Shown: piece after piece, positions 12,650-27,600 of the stretch | Layout: every line of letters starts with the position of its first letter | Numbering within the stretch: position 1 is the stretch's first letter | From: Tubiluchus corallicola | Taxonomy: Eukaryota; Animalia; Priapulida | Reading direction: 5' to 3' | Assembly (NCBI GenBank): GCA_030141605.1 | Contig: JAQGDQ010000008.1 | Coordinates: forward strand, 186,001 to 250,000 | DNA: 64,000 bases | Position numbers and translations under genes: made by a program | The notes under the pieces: model-generated | Told to the model about the DNA's origin: nothing | What the model saw: only the letters and a program-made list of their open reading frames with translations | Database searches by the model: none

Positions 12650-15600
12650 TTAGAATTTTGACACGCTGCCTTTCGATCTGGGATCAGCAGTACCGGATAT
12701 TTCATCATCGAGCTTGGTCAGTGCATAGACAACACTGGCCGGATTATTTAATTTCAAGATATTGTGGCCTTTCGTTTGCAGACCATCCACGACATCTTGG
12801 GGAACTTTGTCTAAAAAACAAATGCAAGAAATAAGAACAGCTTTAAACCAAAAATTTAAAGAATGTTTTTCATAACCACAAATTCCATATAAAAACTTGA
12901 AAAGCATTAATATTTGCTATATTTAGCAGTCGTTGTTTGAAAGATTTGAACCTGCTATTTGTGACAAAATTCACAAAAACAAAAATTGGGATTTTCGTAA
13001 CAAAAATACTTGCTTTCTTTACATATCTAGTAAACTTTTAAGTGCACAATGCAACGATTCTCCGATTATACCACAGAATTCTTGGTGTGAACCTCTCTTC
13101 ATAATGCAGATTTCTTAAAGCGGTTTGGTTATTTGAGAATACATTCAAATGCTGTAAAAGGTTTATTACAGAAAACGAACCACAAATTGATCGAATCAGT
13201 ACATCATACCTTCAATAAACACTTTGTTGCCAGGTAACTGTGGATACAGCCGTGGATAAGCCACTGCATCTGACATTGACAAATTGCCATTCATTACTCC
13301 CAACAGGACCTGAAAAGTTCACACTGTGACTTCAATTTTGCTTATGAAATGTCATAACATTGAATAAACAAAATTAAAAAGCATTTCACAATGAACAGAA
13401 GAGATTTTAATTTACATATTTTCGTGCTGAATTCGGGACTTCAGAAAGAGTAAGTTGAAACTCGAGTTCACAGACTAGTTAAACCCACGTATTTTCAGTG
13501 ATAATGAACTAGGGCAAAAGGATTATTAACCAATGGATATGTAAAAGGGAAATGTTTGCTGCAGACCCGTTTCATTCGAGGGACTAATAAAAAATTGATA
13601 ATAGGACAAGGGATTTGAGGCTTTTCTAATAACACGGGTAACTCATTCTGTTTGTTGATCAGGCCTTGGTTTATACAAAGCAATTAATTGGCAGTAATCA
13701 AATATGCTCATACCTGTACAATACTGCTGATTGAATTGACGCCTTCTGCAGAACCGAGGGCACCCCTCAATTGGCACGGACGTCCAATTTGCTTAAAGAT
13801 CACAGGCGTAGCATCGGACATTGGTCTTTTACCAGATTCTCGCTGATTATACTGCAATAAGAATTTTTTTCATAAGCATGCTGTCATAAATAATATACCA
13901 AGTGCAACATTTTAGGCAAAATCTGAAGCACTTCAAGCAAAGTGCAATCCTAAAATTGTCTGTATTAAAAAGTGCAAGGAAAAACGTGACTCCCAACTTC
14001 ATCAGGAGGGCTTTAGTCGACATTTCCCTTAACATAAAAAAGACGTTTGTGTAGCACTATTTGAGAGTCTTAGAGTTCTATGGGAAAAAAAGAACTGTGT
14101 TACAAGCCACCATGTACTGCTCTTAAAAAACGCCTCCACTAAGGTGAATGGGGGCAGTTCAGTTCTAAATTTCGTTTTAAAAATTAGCTAAAAAACTACA
14201 GGATTCATTGTTAAGTTATCAGTTATTTTCTGTTTAGCAGACAACTAGCAGGCTGTTGATCAAAACACGCACCATTACCATCTGCTACCAGCAAAACTAC
14301 GTGGAATGTTTTCAATTTCTGATTTTAATAATGAGTTCACGTTATCCTGAATATAAATGAAAAATGTTTAAAAACCTCATTACTGTTGAATGACAAATCC
14401 TGAATATCTAACATTCAACTAGCTATATAAGAAAAACATCACAGACAAGACCACCAATTACATTTTGTTAGGGTATCAGGACCAACAGACATCTACAAAG
14501 CATATTAACAAAATGAATCACTTTTGGGGAGAATATAACATGAGTAATGTATCCCTTTTCCTGCAATTTTCCATGACGATTCCTAACAAGAAAACCTACA
14601 AGATTATGAAATCTTTGAAAGCTGTTTTGATTTTGTGACTGCCAAAAAAACATAACACTAACAAAGTGGTTTCTTATCAATACCTTTACCATCAACAAAT
14701 ATGAACATTGCACGGCATGAGTATAATTAAACACCATGTTATAGGTCACATAAACATCTTATTATAACATACACTCATTATTTGATCTTTGACCGCACTA
14801 TTAAAATATATTGCACCTTAACTTTCCAAACTATTTGTTCAGTGCGAACCCATGCTACTGAAATTCTAATCATGTGGTTTACACGTAAACAATGCATGTA
14901 CAGTGTGGCAAAAGTTCAGAATATACAGGAAGAGAGATGAAACAGGAAAGAATGTGTTTTAAAAACCTTTGGCTAGAGGGTTCGTCAGCATTTCAGAGAA
15001 TTCAAGTTCTTTAAATACAAGTAGCATGAGAAAAGAGGTGCACTGCAGTTTAACAAATTGTAAAAGGAAGCAAAAACGAAAAAATAATACTTTCATTGGC
15101 AAATAATGGCAATTTAGACTTGTTAACAGCTAGTATTGTAAAATGAATAGTGCTGTAAAGTACAAACTGCTGCTACAAGCTAAATGGCTTATTTGAGCAA
15201 ATTTTAAAGATATGTGATATGACAAATAGCTAGCCACAATGACTCGCCGTAAAATAATGAAACTTTTCTACATTGATTACGTGCTCATGGCAGTGCTGTT
15301 CTTCCTAGTTTATTTACTTGGTGATACAATGAGAAAAGAACATATCATTCCACAGCACCAGATGAGACACACGCATCTGGATGAAGTCCAACCAGAATTT
15401 CAACTGACACATGCTACATGGAGAAACTCTCATTCAAAAACAAGTGATTGTGATTGTCTTGCTACAACTGGCTATGATTCTTATGGTGAGAAACGAGACA
15501 CCTGGCAACAGGTAGCTAACAAAGATGTTGTTGTATTCTCTGCATATCATGAAAAGAGAAATGGCAGATTTCCAGTAATTCGCATAATAGGGGTAGTGCC

Positions 15601-18600
15601 ATTTCGAAAAAAATCGGTAAATTTGTACTGTCACCTGATCAACAAAGAAGACACTGTAATACATGTAAGTAAAGTGAAGGTGGTTGTGATTGGAGAGCAT
15701 AAATACAGAAAATATTCAGCAGCATTTCTTCTGTGCAAAACGCCTGCAGATTTAGCGGTTAAATCTATCGGATTGTCGCCGAATCAGTACGACCCACACA
15801 TGGTAATACTAAATGTTCACAGCACAGCAAGTATTAACCAAACAGAGAATAAGATGGCTGTGTGTATATCGCCTTTCCACCAATACAACAACAGCCTCAA
15901 TGTGATAGAAATTGTAGAGATTAGTCAGATTCTAGGTGGTAGTATCATAAACATCTACAATAATTCCTGTTCAGAAGATGTAAGCAAAGTGCTTCAGTTT
16001 TACCAAAACGATGGGATCGTGCGCGTCATCAACTGGCCACTAGCAACAACTTTAAGTACACAAGGTATAAGAAATAAATATGGCAGGGTGTTTGACATTC
16101 ACTATGGTGGTCAATTAGCTGCCCTGCAGGACTGTGTGTATCGGAACATGGCTCAGCACGAGTACGCCGTCTTCACTGACATGGATGAAGTGCTGTTTCC
16201 ACACATGCATGGAAATTGGTCAGCCATGATAGCCAATCTGCATTCACAGCACGAGAAAGGTGGAAGTTTCATTTTTCAAAATGTTTTCTTCAAAATGAAA
16301 AACACCACTAACAACTCCGCCGCAAAAACAAGTGACATAGATGTATTCAATATCACTGTTCTAACAAACTTGCATAGGCACAGATACTTCTATCCACATC
16401 AGAGGCGCTCAAAACTGATCGTAAAAATACGAGCTGTGGAAGAAATGGGCATTCACTATGTGTTAAGCCTCATGCCTGGATACCACGAAGTTAACGTATC
16501 CAGCGAAGTGGGATTGTTACATCACTACAATGAAAAGCACAGTGACAACATTCTTAATTCAGTATATGATGATACGGCATGTAAATATGAAAAAACACTC
16601 AGACATGCAGTGCATTCAACATTGAGTAAAATAAAACAAACAACACCATAAACTTGACGCTCGTTTACATTCATTCTCTGCATGTTTATACCGTTGAATT
16701 AAGTAAACAACAGGTAACTTGAGGTCACAGAACATTTGAGTTTATGTTCCAAATGGTGACAAATTGTCATTTTTTAACTAATTTAAATTGCATTTATTCT
16801 CTAATATAATATCAATTAAACGTTGGATAAAATATGAATCTCCCGGTACCATTGAATACGCGATATTATATTATATTAGTCCAACTAAGACAATGTGAGA
16901 CTAATAGTAGTTACATTAAAATTTAGAAACATGCAGCATGGTAATTTATATGTAATAGTTACATGTACACATAACAAAATATCTAGCTGCACACTGATAC
17001 TACAATTAACATTATTGCCATTAAAAAATGTTTAAAAAATTGATTGCACACTCTAACTGAGCAGCTGCCAATAGAAGCACACACATTATTTGTGGACACA
17101 TAATACACAAAACTCACACTGATCAGGTGAATTCTCGTCGTTACACGACACGCATATGCAATTTTGTGTAGAGGTCTGCAACTACCTGCCCATACCAACG
17201 CAGAGATTGTGGGTTAAAAGCTGAGCTCTCATCCACAGAATATAATTACTTTCATCCATACGAGATTAGTAATTCCAAAAAACTTGTTCCATTAATGTCT
17301 AAATACATTATTTTCCTACCAATCTTTCAGTGATGAAGATCTAATTCCGTGGTTAAGCCAAACATATATTTACTGCCAGCCATTTCCAAACACATTGTTC
17401 AATAAATACAATAAAAAGAAAATCGAAAAAATAAATACTATTACCGATTACACTCTTTCAATATCTTTTTCTATGATATGCTTTGATAATTTTGTACTTT
17501 GTAACCCAACATACAGTATGCTGTTGCAGCAGGACTGGAATCCAGATATTATCAAACAGAGCTAATTAAGATGACATGTATTTGATGAACCAGCTGAGGT
17601 GTCTTAATCACACCCATTCCGATGAATGTACATCCCCCCCACCGAGAAAATTAGCAGCAAAAGTACAGAGCTGAAGCTACCCAAAAAAGCCATTTTCAAA
17701 AAATGGATAACCTTATTGAACTTATACACACGCACATTCAACCAGCAAAGACAGCCACAATATCAGCATGTCTGTCAGGAATCTTTTCTTAACAACTTCT
17801 AATCTTAAAGCTCTCACATTTCAAAAGACTTTTCCAAAGCTGTTGAAGACCCATCTGTATAATGAATGGAGCTCATGGTGCCACCACATAATCTCAAGTG
17901 ACACCTGTCAAGCGACAAGTGACACCACAATAAAGTACATTTGAAAATGTTAACTGATAAGGAGTGTTAGCAAAAAAACCTTCTTAATTAACAATGTCAA
18001 AATAAAAAAAATCTTTAGAGCTTATATACATGTATGAAAGAGCTCACCAGTCTGGTAATAAAGGGAAGTACTGGTACTTCTACTACTAATGGTGCTACCT
18101 AGGAATTTTCTTACCGGATATGGTGAAGAATCAGTGAAATCTTTCAGAGCATCATTTAGTAAAATCCCAGAATCGGTCATTACTCTCGATCCAAATTCTG
18201 AACCAAGAGTACTAAAAAAGCAATAAAAAAATTCATTTATATTAACGTAAGAAATGCAAAAGCTAAGTTTGCGTTTAAAAAAATGAGTCATTATAGACTA
18301 CTGAAATTGTACCCAAAAATGTGACTGTGTCGACGTCCAAAAGTTTCCACATTTCTTTTGCTATAAACTTACACATCTAAGCTCTAACAATGTAAGTGCT
18401 ATAAGCAGTTTTAATATGAGTTAGAACAAAAGAGATGCAAAATCAACTATAAACAGCCAACCTACACTATGGGATTACACACCAAGAAGTTAAGGCACAA
18501 AATCGAAAATGAAATTACTGACCTTGTGACAGAAACCATCAGGTCATTTTTGTCGATAATAGACACGTGCGTACCGCCTCTGTCAAATGAACTGTACTCG

Positions 18601-21600
18601 CTAAGCTTATCGGAATCCACAGATGCATTGTCATCGTCAATTTTGTTTCTCCAATTTTCTGCCTCCGTTTTGCTATAAAAACATCGGCTTTTGCTCTTAA
18701 ACTAGTTAAAATTTAACATTAAACATATTGTAACGTCTGTTTTAGCACTTATTTCAACCATTTTAGCACCATATGAGTAAACAGTGCTAGCGATAGTATA
18801 GCACACATAACATTGTGGCACAACCAGCAAAGAGTTTTTTATGCAAAATAATTAGTTTTCCTGCACCTATTAATATATCACCAAAACAGGAGGAATATCA
18901 TCCATTTTGTTCTCCCTAATATTACACACTGAAAATAACATATTGTGTACCAAGAAAGGCAATACATACATACAGACTGTACATGATAAATGCAAATTAC
19001 ATGTAACTTAATACAGATCGAGTTTTTCCACATAACCAGCACACATACCACAAACAATTTTCAACAGTACACAATCTATAAATTGTTACCCCACTGTTAC
19101 AACCCTGATAATGGCCTCTGACCTTGAATGAAGTGAGATGGAACTCGTCTGACAAGATCAACTATTTCCACATCCATTTTCATGTGCATCTATTTCAAGA
19201 GCATCTAACACTACAGAGACCTAATTTTTTGTTGAGTACTTCGGAGGTGGCTGTTTATGAGTCATATGTTGGATTCATTAATTGATAATATCAAAATCAT
19301 TATTGTTATTATTATTGCTATTATTATTATTGTTATTATTATTGACTCAATATTTTTTCGCAATACTTAGATAAAATTATGCTAACATTAAGGATGTGAA
19401 ACAAGAATTGGAGTTTGAAGTTGGAGTTGCAAAATGAGCCATTTTTTCTGACTGCAGCATAAAACAATGCATTTTTAAGACAATGTAGTATTACTACAGG
19501 CAAAAACTGAAATTTTTTTCCTTCAAATAATGAAAAGTCACAACTCCTGCCTAAACCTCCTAAATACCGAGGAAAAAAGTTAAGGCCCCATTGCTTTTTA
19601 CAGTAGTGCTTGGTTAAATTAATTTTTTAGGTAGTATTGTATTTTCAAATAATTAATTATTAAGCAATTGTCTAGATTTGGGTCACAAAAAAGGAAATAC
19701 TTTATAAACTTCACTTTTATTTTTTACTGTAATAATACTAATAATCATACTATGCCAAATACTGAATGAAGTAAAGAAAAGACAAGCATCACTGACCTGA
19801 ATGAAGCAATAATTATGAAAAAAGTAATTCACAGATATTTCACAAATAAAGTAGCTTAAAAAATTCTTTCAAAGAATTAATAGATTATTAGGTTATTATG
19901 TGTACCAGTCACCAAACTGCCATTACTTGACACACCGCAGCTAAGCCCACAATACTGATGCTAAATTTTTTATAGTGATGCTGGCTGCCTATTGTATTTT
20001 CTGGAAATTTTTAAGAAACATCCCAACAACAGGAAAAGTTGCAAAAAAGGATTAACTTCTGAATATTCTAAAAAGTTCCACGTATATGCTTTGCAGTTTA
20101 TTCTTTCTACAAATTTCAACATATTCTTGTTCGGCAAAGTATTCCCATTATGATGTCAGTTAAAACAGTAGTGGTGAAAAAGCCGGTTTCGTATAATTGG
20201 CCTGGCATTATCAATTGGTGTTTCAAAAAACTAAAAATATATTTCTTTCCAAAAAATTAGTCTCCGATTAAAGAAATGTATCAGGTAATTGGATAAAGGC
20301 ATTTGGAAATTTACCCTTTCAAAGCTGCTAATTACATTCCAAGTACAAAAGCATGTCAATGAGCGATGCTGGAGCATCTTAATTGCATGTTACTGTCTGT
20401 TATCAAGTCCCTACTAACTGACTCAAATTTATTGAGCTGCAACAATGTCAAAACCTGCTTACTGTTCAAGACAAGCAATGCATTCTATAAAAATTTCTTG
20501 TGTTTGACCATGGTACTTAGAAGGTTAAACAAAACACTAAATAGTACTTTAAGTTACCCCAGGAGGTGCACACTTAATGCCACCATTTGTCTTAAGAAAT
20601 TTGTTTCAACAATAGCAAGAGGATTTTCAACTATTCTAAAAGCTTGTTCCACTAAGTTGTCAGACAATTTGATCAAAAAAGTCTTCAGGCTTTCATGTTT
20701 CCGCTACAAATAAATGCAGAACTATCATTTTATATAAGATGAGCTTTACACAGCAGATAAATGATCATACTAAAATAACGAGCGTCTCTCATTGAAAAAG
20801 GCTTTTCTGCATATCCCATGCACTCCCTAATGTTGGGAATCGGTCTCCTTTCTATTGCCGATCAGTGACTTTCAAACAACTATCGATCCTAATATTTGTA
20901 GTGTTGCATCAGTATAAACACAACATTAAACTTTTGACTGTTGTTTACCTTTTATGTTTAAATTCCAGGCTGTTTCAGTTGTCACCTGCATATAATTGCC
21001 TTTTAAGCATTAATAAAATTTTAATAAACGATGCCTTTAGATTCACTATGAACACTAGACAAAAATTGCAAAAGCTTTTTTCACTATCTTGTGCACCAAT
21101 GAGAGAAATCAGTCAGAATGTCAACCAAGTGGCAAGCGCCGTGCACAGATATCCAATATGATGCCTTGCTGTAAGCTGCTATCACTGTTTTGGCTTTGTT
21201 GGCAGTTTCTTTTGTTAAGTTTCTGTTCTATTCTTTTTATAAGTTTTCACACATATTTGTTGAAAGATATTGCTAACAACATTTGTTCTTAATTGCTGCT
21301 GCAATTAAACAGCAGAAAGGTGTGTCAAAGTGAGCAAAATCTTACACTTATTGTATTAAGCAAGCATCAATTACGTTAATTTATGATCAAGCACTTTTTC
21401 CAACATGGTGGACAACTCTACTGTTGTGAGACAAAATTTGGTAAATCGATACAACACTAACCCTCCCAACAATCAGAATGTCCAATTGGTTTTTGGTCTT
21501 CAAAATCCTAAAGACATCAAAATACTTACGAAATCAGTTTTTCAGACAGGTTTTTAAAATCATTCACAAAATCTGGATCGCCAATGAAATGTCGCTGGCT

Positions 21601-24600
21601 AAATGCTAGTTTTAATGCCTGTAAAATAACAAATAAAAATCAGCCTTAATGTCAAAACCACAAAAATAATTTCGCATTACATTTGAAAATAAACCAGAAA
21701 ATATAGACACTTAAAAAACTAAATGATTTTCCGTGTTACCCATTGTGATATCAGTGGTATGGTACCTAAAAACAATTTTTTTGTTCACAAGATAGTTTTC
21801 ACAATTTTACAATTGATGCACAACAAAAATTATAAAAAAGAAATTAAAAAAATGGCAACCAAAGAAAAACACCCTCACAAATAAAACTTCCTAAGTCAGT
21901 ATCAGAAGTCGTAGGCAGAGAATTGACAGGCAACACGAGCAAAGCTCACCTCAACAATGCGATGGTACGTAAGGTTATTACGTAGATTGCCACCATGAAT
22001 CTTGTAACCTTCCAAAATATTCATTGTTGCAAGGAGCAATACCCCAGCCGAGGGGGCATCGGAGGTGATAATTTCATTGTTACCTAAATACACTTAATCA
22101 TCAGGCACAGCTCCAACTGAAGTTCTAAGCAAGCATGTCATATTCAAGCAAAAGTGCATTTATGAAAAATGATACAGCACTCACATTTTCTAAAATGGTA
22201 AAATATGCCCTGCACGAACATTTTGTCATATAACTTTGCAAAATAAGAAATAAAAATCATAATACTTTCATTCGAGTGTTATTTTTGACACATTTTATTA
22301 ATTTTAATGACATTTTTAGTTAAACTTGGTTTTCAAACTAGCAGACTTCATTCAAACCCTGAAAGTGTACTCGAGGATGATTATAAGAGTGTTTCATCTT
22401 TTTAAGTTTTTTTATAAATGTAATACGGTAATCGGCAACCCAATATGCAGTAGTCAGTGAGTGCCCTTACTTATCAGCTGTGACAAGAGCCAGAACATAT
22501 ATCTCAGCACTAAAGACCAGCCATTAATCAAGATTAGTCACTGATCTAGCAGAGGATTCTTAGCTTTGTTCAGACGTATACACATCCTGAGCTGTGAAAT
22601 CTCAAAAACGTTTGCATGATAATAAAATATAGCTAACAGGGCAAAATGCCACTACATGAAACCCAACTCAACTAGAACAACTCTTTCTGCAGTAATTCAA
22701 CATTTTTTCCTTTTGCTGTAAAACTATAGCATCACTTGTTTCGCAAAATATTTGAAAAATGATTTACCGGTATATGTCACTTTAACAGCATCCCTCTGAA
22801 CCGCATGATACTTTATCAGATCCATTGGCATCATCAATCCACCAGCATTATTAACCTGAATAATAATTAAAACCTGTTTCTCACAGTTATACTGCAAGTT
22901 CACTTAGCAAAAAGGATAAAATTGGCAGACCACAGTTATCACTTCAATATATCACTTAAAGTAGAAGTGACCCCTAAGACCTAGTATATCGACAGTACAC
23001 TATACATTACTTTCATCAAATTTAAAAATTAAAGTGAATGCAACCAGATTGCAGTCAGGCAAGCAACATTAAGAAAAATAATAATCTGCTACCCTATTTT
23101 CTTCAACAAAATTCATTAATATTCCTACTTACAGACTAAAAAAACAAAAATTATCATTTCAATATATCACTTAAAGTAAAAGTGACCCTTAAGACCTACT
23201 ATATCGACAGTACACTACACAATATTTTCGTCAAATTTAAAAATTAAAGCAAATGCAACCAGATTGCAGTCAAGCAAAAGTAATAATCTGCTACCCTATT
23301 TTCTTCAACAAAAATCGTTAATATTCCCACTTACAGACTAAAAAAACAAAAGTTCTAATCTAATTCAAAAGTAAGCCACCTTTAAGAGAATTTTATGCTC
23401 TCAAAACGGTGTGTGGTTTCCTAAAAAGAGCTAGCAATGCGATTAATCATGTTCACTTAAAAAGTCTAGGTCTCACTTGAATTTTGTTTTCAGTTCACAG
23501 CTTGCCATAAATGTTTGTACGAACAGTAAAAACTTACAGAAGTTAGAATGCCCTTCGACAAATACCCATCATAAAAGGCAGCAGCACCATAGTTTGCAAT
23601 AATTCTCAATGCTGCTGCGAGGTCGGGTCTAAATACAATTGTGCCAGGTTTTTTCCAAGAGTTCTTGTCATAGTAGAACAACGAGAGGTTACCTAGTTCC
23701 GTACTTGTGAATTTGCTCAGTGCCTTTCCTGCAATGAAAGATGCAGATGCAGTGAGCTCATACATTTATGTGCTGATATCAAGCTTTGAAAATTATGCCT
23801 AAAAAGATGCTAAGAGTAGAAGACTTGGAAGAACATTATATGCTACAAGCTCCACTCTTTGGAATCTAGACTACTAGAAATATGATAACAGACGATGCAT
23901 ACATTGTTTGCTTTTTTAGGCAAACTGAAAATGCCTTTATATAATAACATCTGTTATGTAACATATGATCATTATATATTGCATATTATATAATTATCTA
24001 ATATATATACATATTAGATAATAAGTTATATAACAACTTGAGATGTATCAACAATTATTACTAAACCATTTTGCTATTTACTCAGAAACTTCAAAAAGCT
24101 ATGAGTAGGCCAGCGAGTAGTTGTAAGCACAAAATGTGTTTTTGCAGTACTCTGAGGTTTAGTCATGCGGAAAATTTTTCATTAACTTTTTCTGGGTAAT
24201 TGATCAGTGAAACAAGCTGTGTCCGTAAAAGTATGGAGAAAAAGGTGCAAAATGAGCTGATTATATACCGTGTACATGACTAAATGTGCTATTAAAACAA
24301 CAGTTGAAAAGTTTTATACTGAAGACGAAATTACTGAGACCAAAACTGTGCTATGAGAAACAATTGATAAAGCACCAGTAAGCATATTCAAAGCAGGAGA
24401 AATTCCAACCTCAAATCAGCTAATAGAGCTAATACAGATAATATTCTGACTGCATTGCATAAGCCTGGTGACGAAATGCTATACCAACATTCTGCTATAA
24501 ATTTTGAAAGGACTCCAAAATTTCCACGTTTAGAACCCGATGTGCTAGGCAAACTCAATAAAACTGAAGCAGCATTACCTGAATGTGTCAAAAATACAAG

Positions 24601-27600
24601 TAATAACTTTGAAACTTTTGAAAACTATAGAGCAAGTACAACACCTTCGTATGTGCAAAAATGAACATATTTATAAATATGAATGTCAAATTTGATGTAC
24701 AACGCCGAAATGTCAAAGAACTGTAGTCAAAACATACAATGTGTCAGACTTCTCGCCACTGCCTGAAAAGATGCAAATTAAGCCTTCAAAGAATGCAACA
24801 GGAAATGGTAAATCTGCAAATTGAAATAGTAGCACTGTGTGCCTTATGAGGGCCGAACTAACATAATTATATAAATACTTTTGCTCTCAGAAATGAAAAT
24901 GACATACTTATGATATCTTTAAACAAGATAAAAGAAACAAGAAATGATCAAACGCAGCAAAAAAGAAGGCTCTGCACGTTTAGAAAGTGACTATATCATT
25001 AAGGGATCCCTGTTACTATTTTGACACTTGACTTTCTTAATAAATAAAAGGATTGATTATTGCCATAACATGTGCATTCTTTGCAAAAGTTGAAAAATTC
25101 AAACTGCAAAAAATCCATACATTAGCTAAAACATCAAGTCTAATTACAGAGGGATTGCTTTAACCGTTTGTCTAGTTCAACTGGCAGACTATGTTATCAT
25201 GAATAAATTTTGTCATCAATTAACAACTTCGGATCTGCTTACAAAAAGCAATATTCTCCCAGGTTGAACCACCTACTTCAAAAAGACCTATAAAATTACA
25301 TCTAAATAAAGGCAATCCAGAGCACAACTACTTTTTAGACTTGCCAAATTGGAACATTAATGCGAATTACCATACTCAGTATTAGTTCTTCTATTAGATT
25401 CATACCTAAATTCACGCTACAGGTATTGTGTTTGTAATTAAGATTATTAACGAAGTGATGCCTTGAATGTTGATTACTAAATTATTAACACGAGTAATTA
25501 CAATGTAATTATTATTTAGTTCACTAGAAATCTTAAACTTCATTGCAGAAAGCTCATTTGAAATTATAGATAAAATAACAATAATATAAGAGGAATAACA
25601 TGTTAATTTAAAAACACTTGGATTTTTTTATTCCCCGGATAATATTATTGTTCAGCGGTCATTGTAATTTTGGCAATCAACAAGGCACTTGGAACTTGTG
25701 GACTAATAAAATTAACCTAAACACTCTGACATGACAGTGATAGAGCAGAGACAACTAATTGTCTTAAGCAAGACTAAATCACTCATACGCACAAAGCGTG
25801 TGCTCAGCACGGCATGTGAATCCATGGTGCAGGCCATTAGTAAACCAAATAGTCAGAAATTAACAGAAATTTCCACTGTAACAGGTAAATTAGAACGTTT
25901 ATAACATTGACTGACAGTAATATCTACTTGACATGGAAGTGAAAACGTGACTCTTCAACAACTTAACATCACAAAAAATACTAAAAAACACACACTTCTA
26001 AAGTTCTTAAGCTATGTGTCCAAGAATTCCAAACAGATCCATGAGAATATACATGTTTTCATACAAAAAAACTTCCATTCAAAGGACAATGCACAAAATC
26101 AACAAATTCGCACTTTCTGTCCACTGCTTCTGCACATAGTGATCCATATTTGTCTGTTTATACAAGCAGAAAAACAGCTTTTTGGTTTTGACGGAATGTT
26201 TAAGTACATTACATACAAACCGTCCATGTGTTTTGTCTGGTGAATATTATTTTTCATTGCCAACTGGTTTTTGCTGCAATTATTAATCAAATTCAGTACT
26301 ACTCAAGAAACACTTTTTCGTAGAGAAAAATGCATCCATAAAAAGTGCATGTTAGTTTGGAGGAGCTAGGATGTATTACAAATTACTATAGATCACGATT
26401 ATATTTTACTATAGAAATAGAGACAGCGTACCTAAACCAGGTGTCACAACAAAACCTGATTCAGCCAACTCAGCAACAGGTGTAACTACCTTTTCCCATG
26501 ACATCCTGCAATGTGTTATAACTCTTTCAGAACACAATTTATTTCAACACACTGTTCACCAATATATAATAACGTATAAAGATTATTATTATTAAACAAA
26601 AATTTGTAAAATACTGACTTTCCAAATTTGACATGCGCCAATTCCAAACCACGCAAGAATCCAGGTACACCCACATAACTGCCACTCTAAAATTTAATAT
26701 TTTATATCAAAAATTAAATTGTAAGCACAGAAAATTTATCACACACGAGCCTTACAGCATTCAATATGCTCACATAAAAGAAAAGCAAATGCTTCCAAAA
26801 ATGAGTTCTTGTGTAGCGAATGATACAAGCATCTTAACATGCATAATATAAATAACAACAAAGAACTTATATTAGCCAAAGTTAAATAAACCATCTCTTT
26901 AGCCATTTTTGTTTCTGTTGTAGAAACACATAGCTTCAGCAACTACAAAATTAATTTCATTTAACGCGTTTTGCTAAAAAGCACTCACATTCTCTGATTT
27001 GACTCTATGTGATGGCGCAACTTCACGAAAATCGATAACACTGTTTTCTTCCGATTTGTGGTCGTGTACCAACATAAATCCACCCCTAAACAAGATGAAA
27101 CAACACACTTTGCGCAAAACTTCCACGAAATATTTTAGATTAAAAGCTTAACAGTAAAATGGCGAACAAAGGAAGATAAGGAGCAAAAGTAAAACAGGCA
27201 CAAGGTCACCCCAGGATGATATTTGGTTCCCATCATTCTAGGTTACAAAAATGATTACAGTACTGTATCTCACAGCAGAATCACAGACTAATGCTATAGA
27301 ATTATAACTGACACAAAACAAACAAGGCTATGAGCAGTAAAATAATCTACGTTAACAAAAACATATATCACTCAAATGAAACAAACAACATCATTACACG
27401 ACACAAAAACAAAACTAACAAACAAAATTACAGTTAATGTGGTTATGTAATATCAGTTGCTGCACAAATGGGTTCATTGCAAGAAAGATTCAGATTGTGG
27501 AATGACAATACACTGCTGATAATAATGCACTTTTCCTACCCTTGAAAAATGCCAGAAGGAAATATTCCTACAACTGACATGAAAAACGAACAATGAAAAA

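Noticed and set aside
20366-20713. 115-aa ORF and coding-like opposite strand in a GGT7 intron
   Set aside because: No motif recognised with confidence; possibly a very old transposon remnant.
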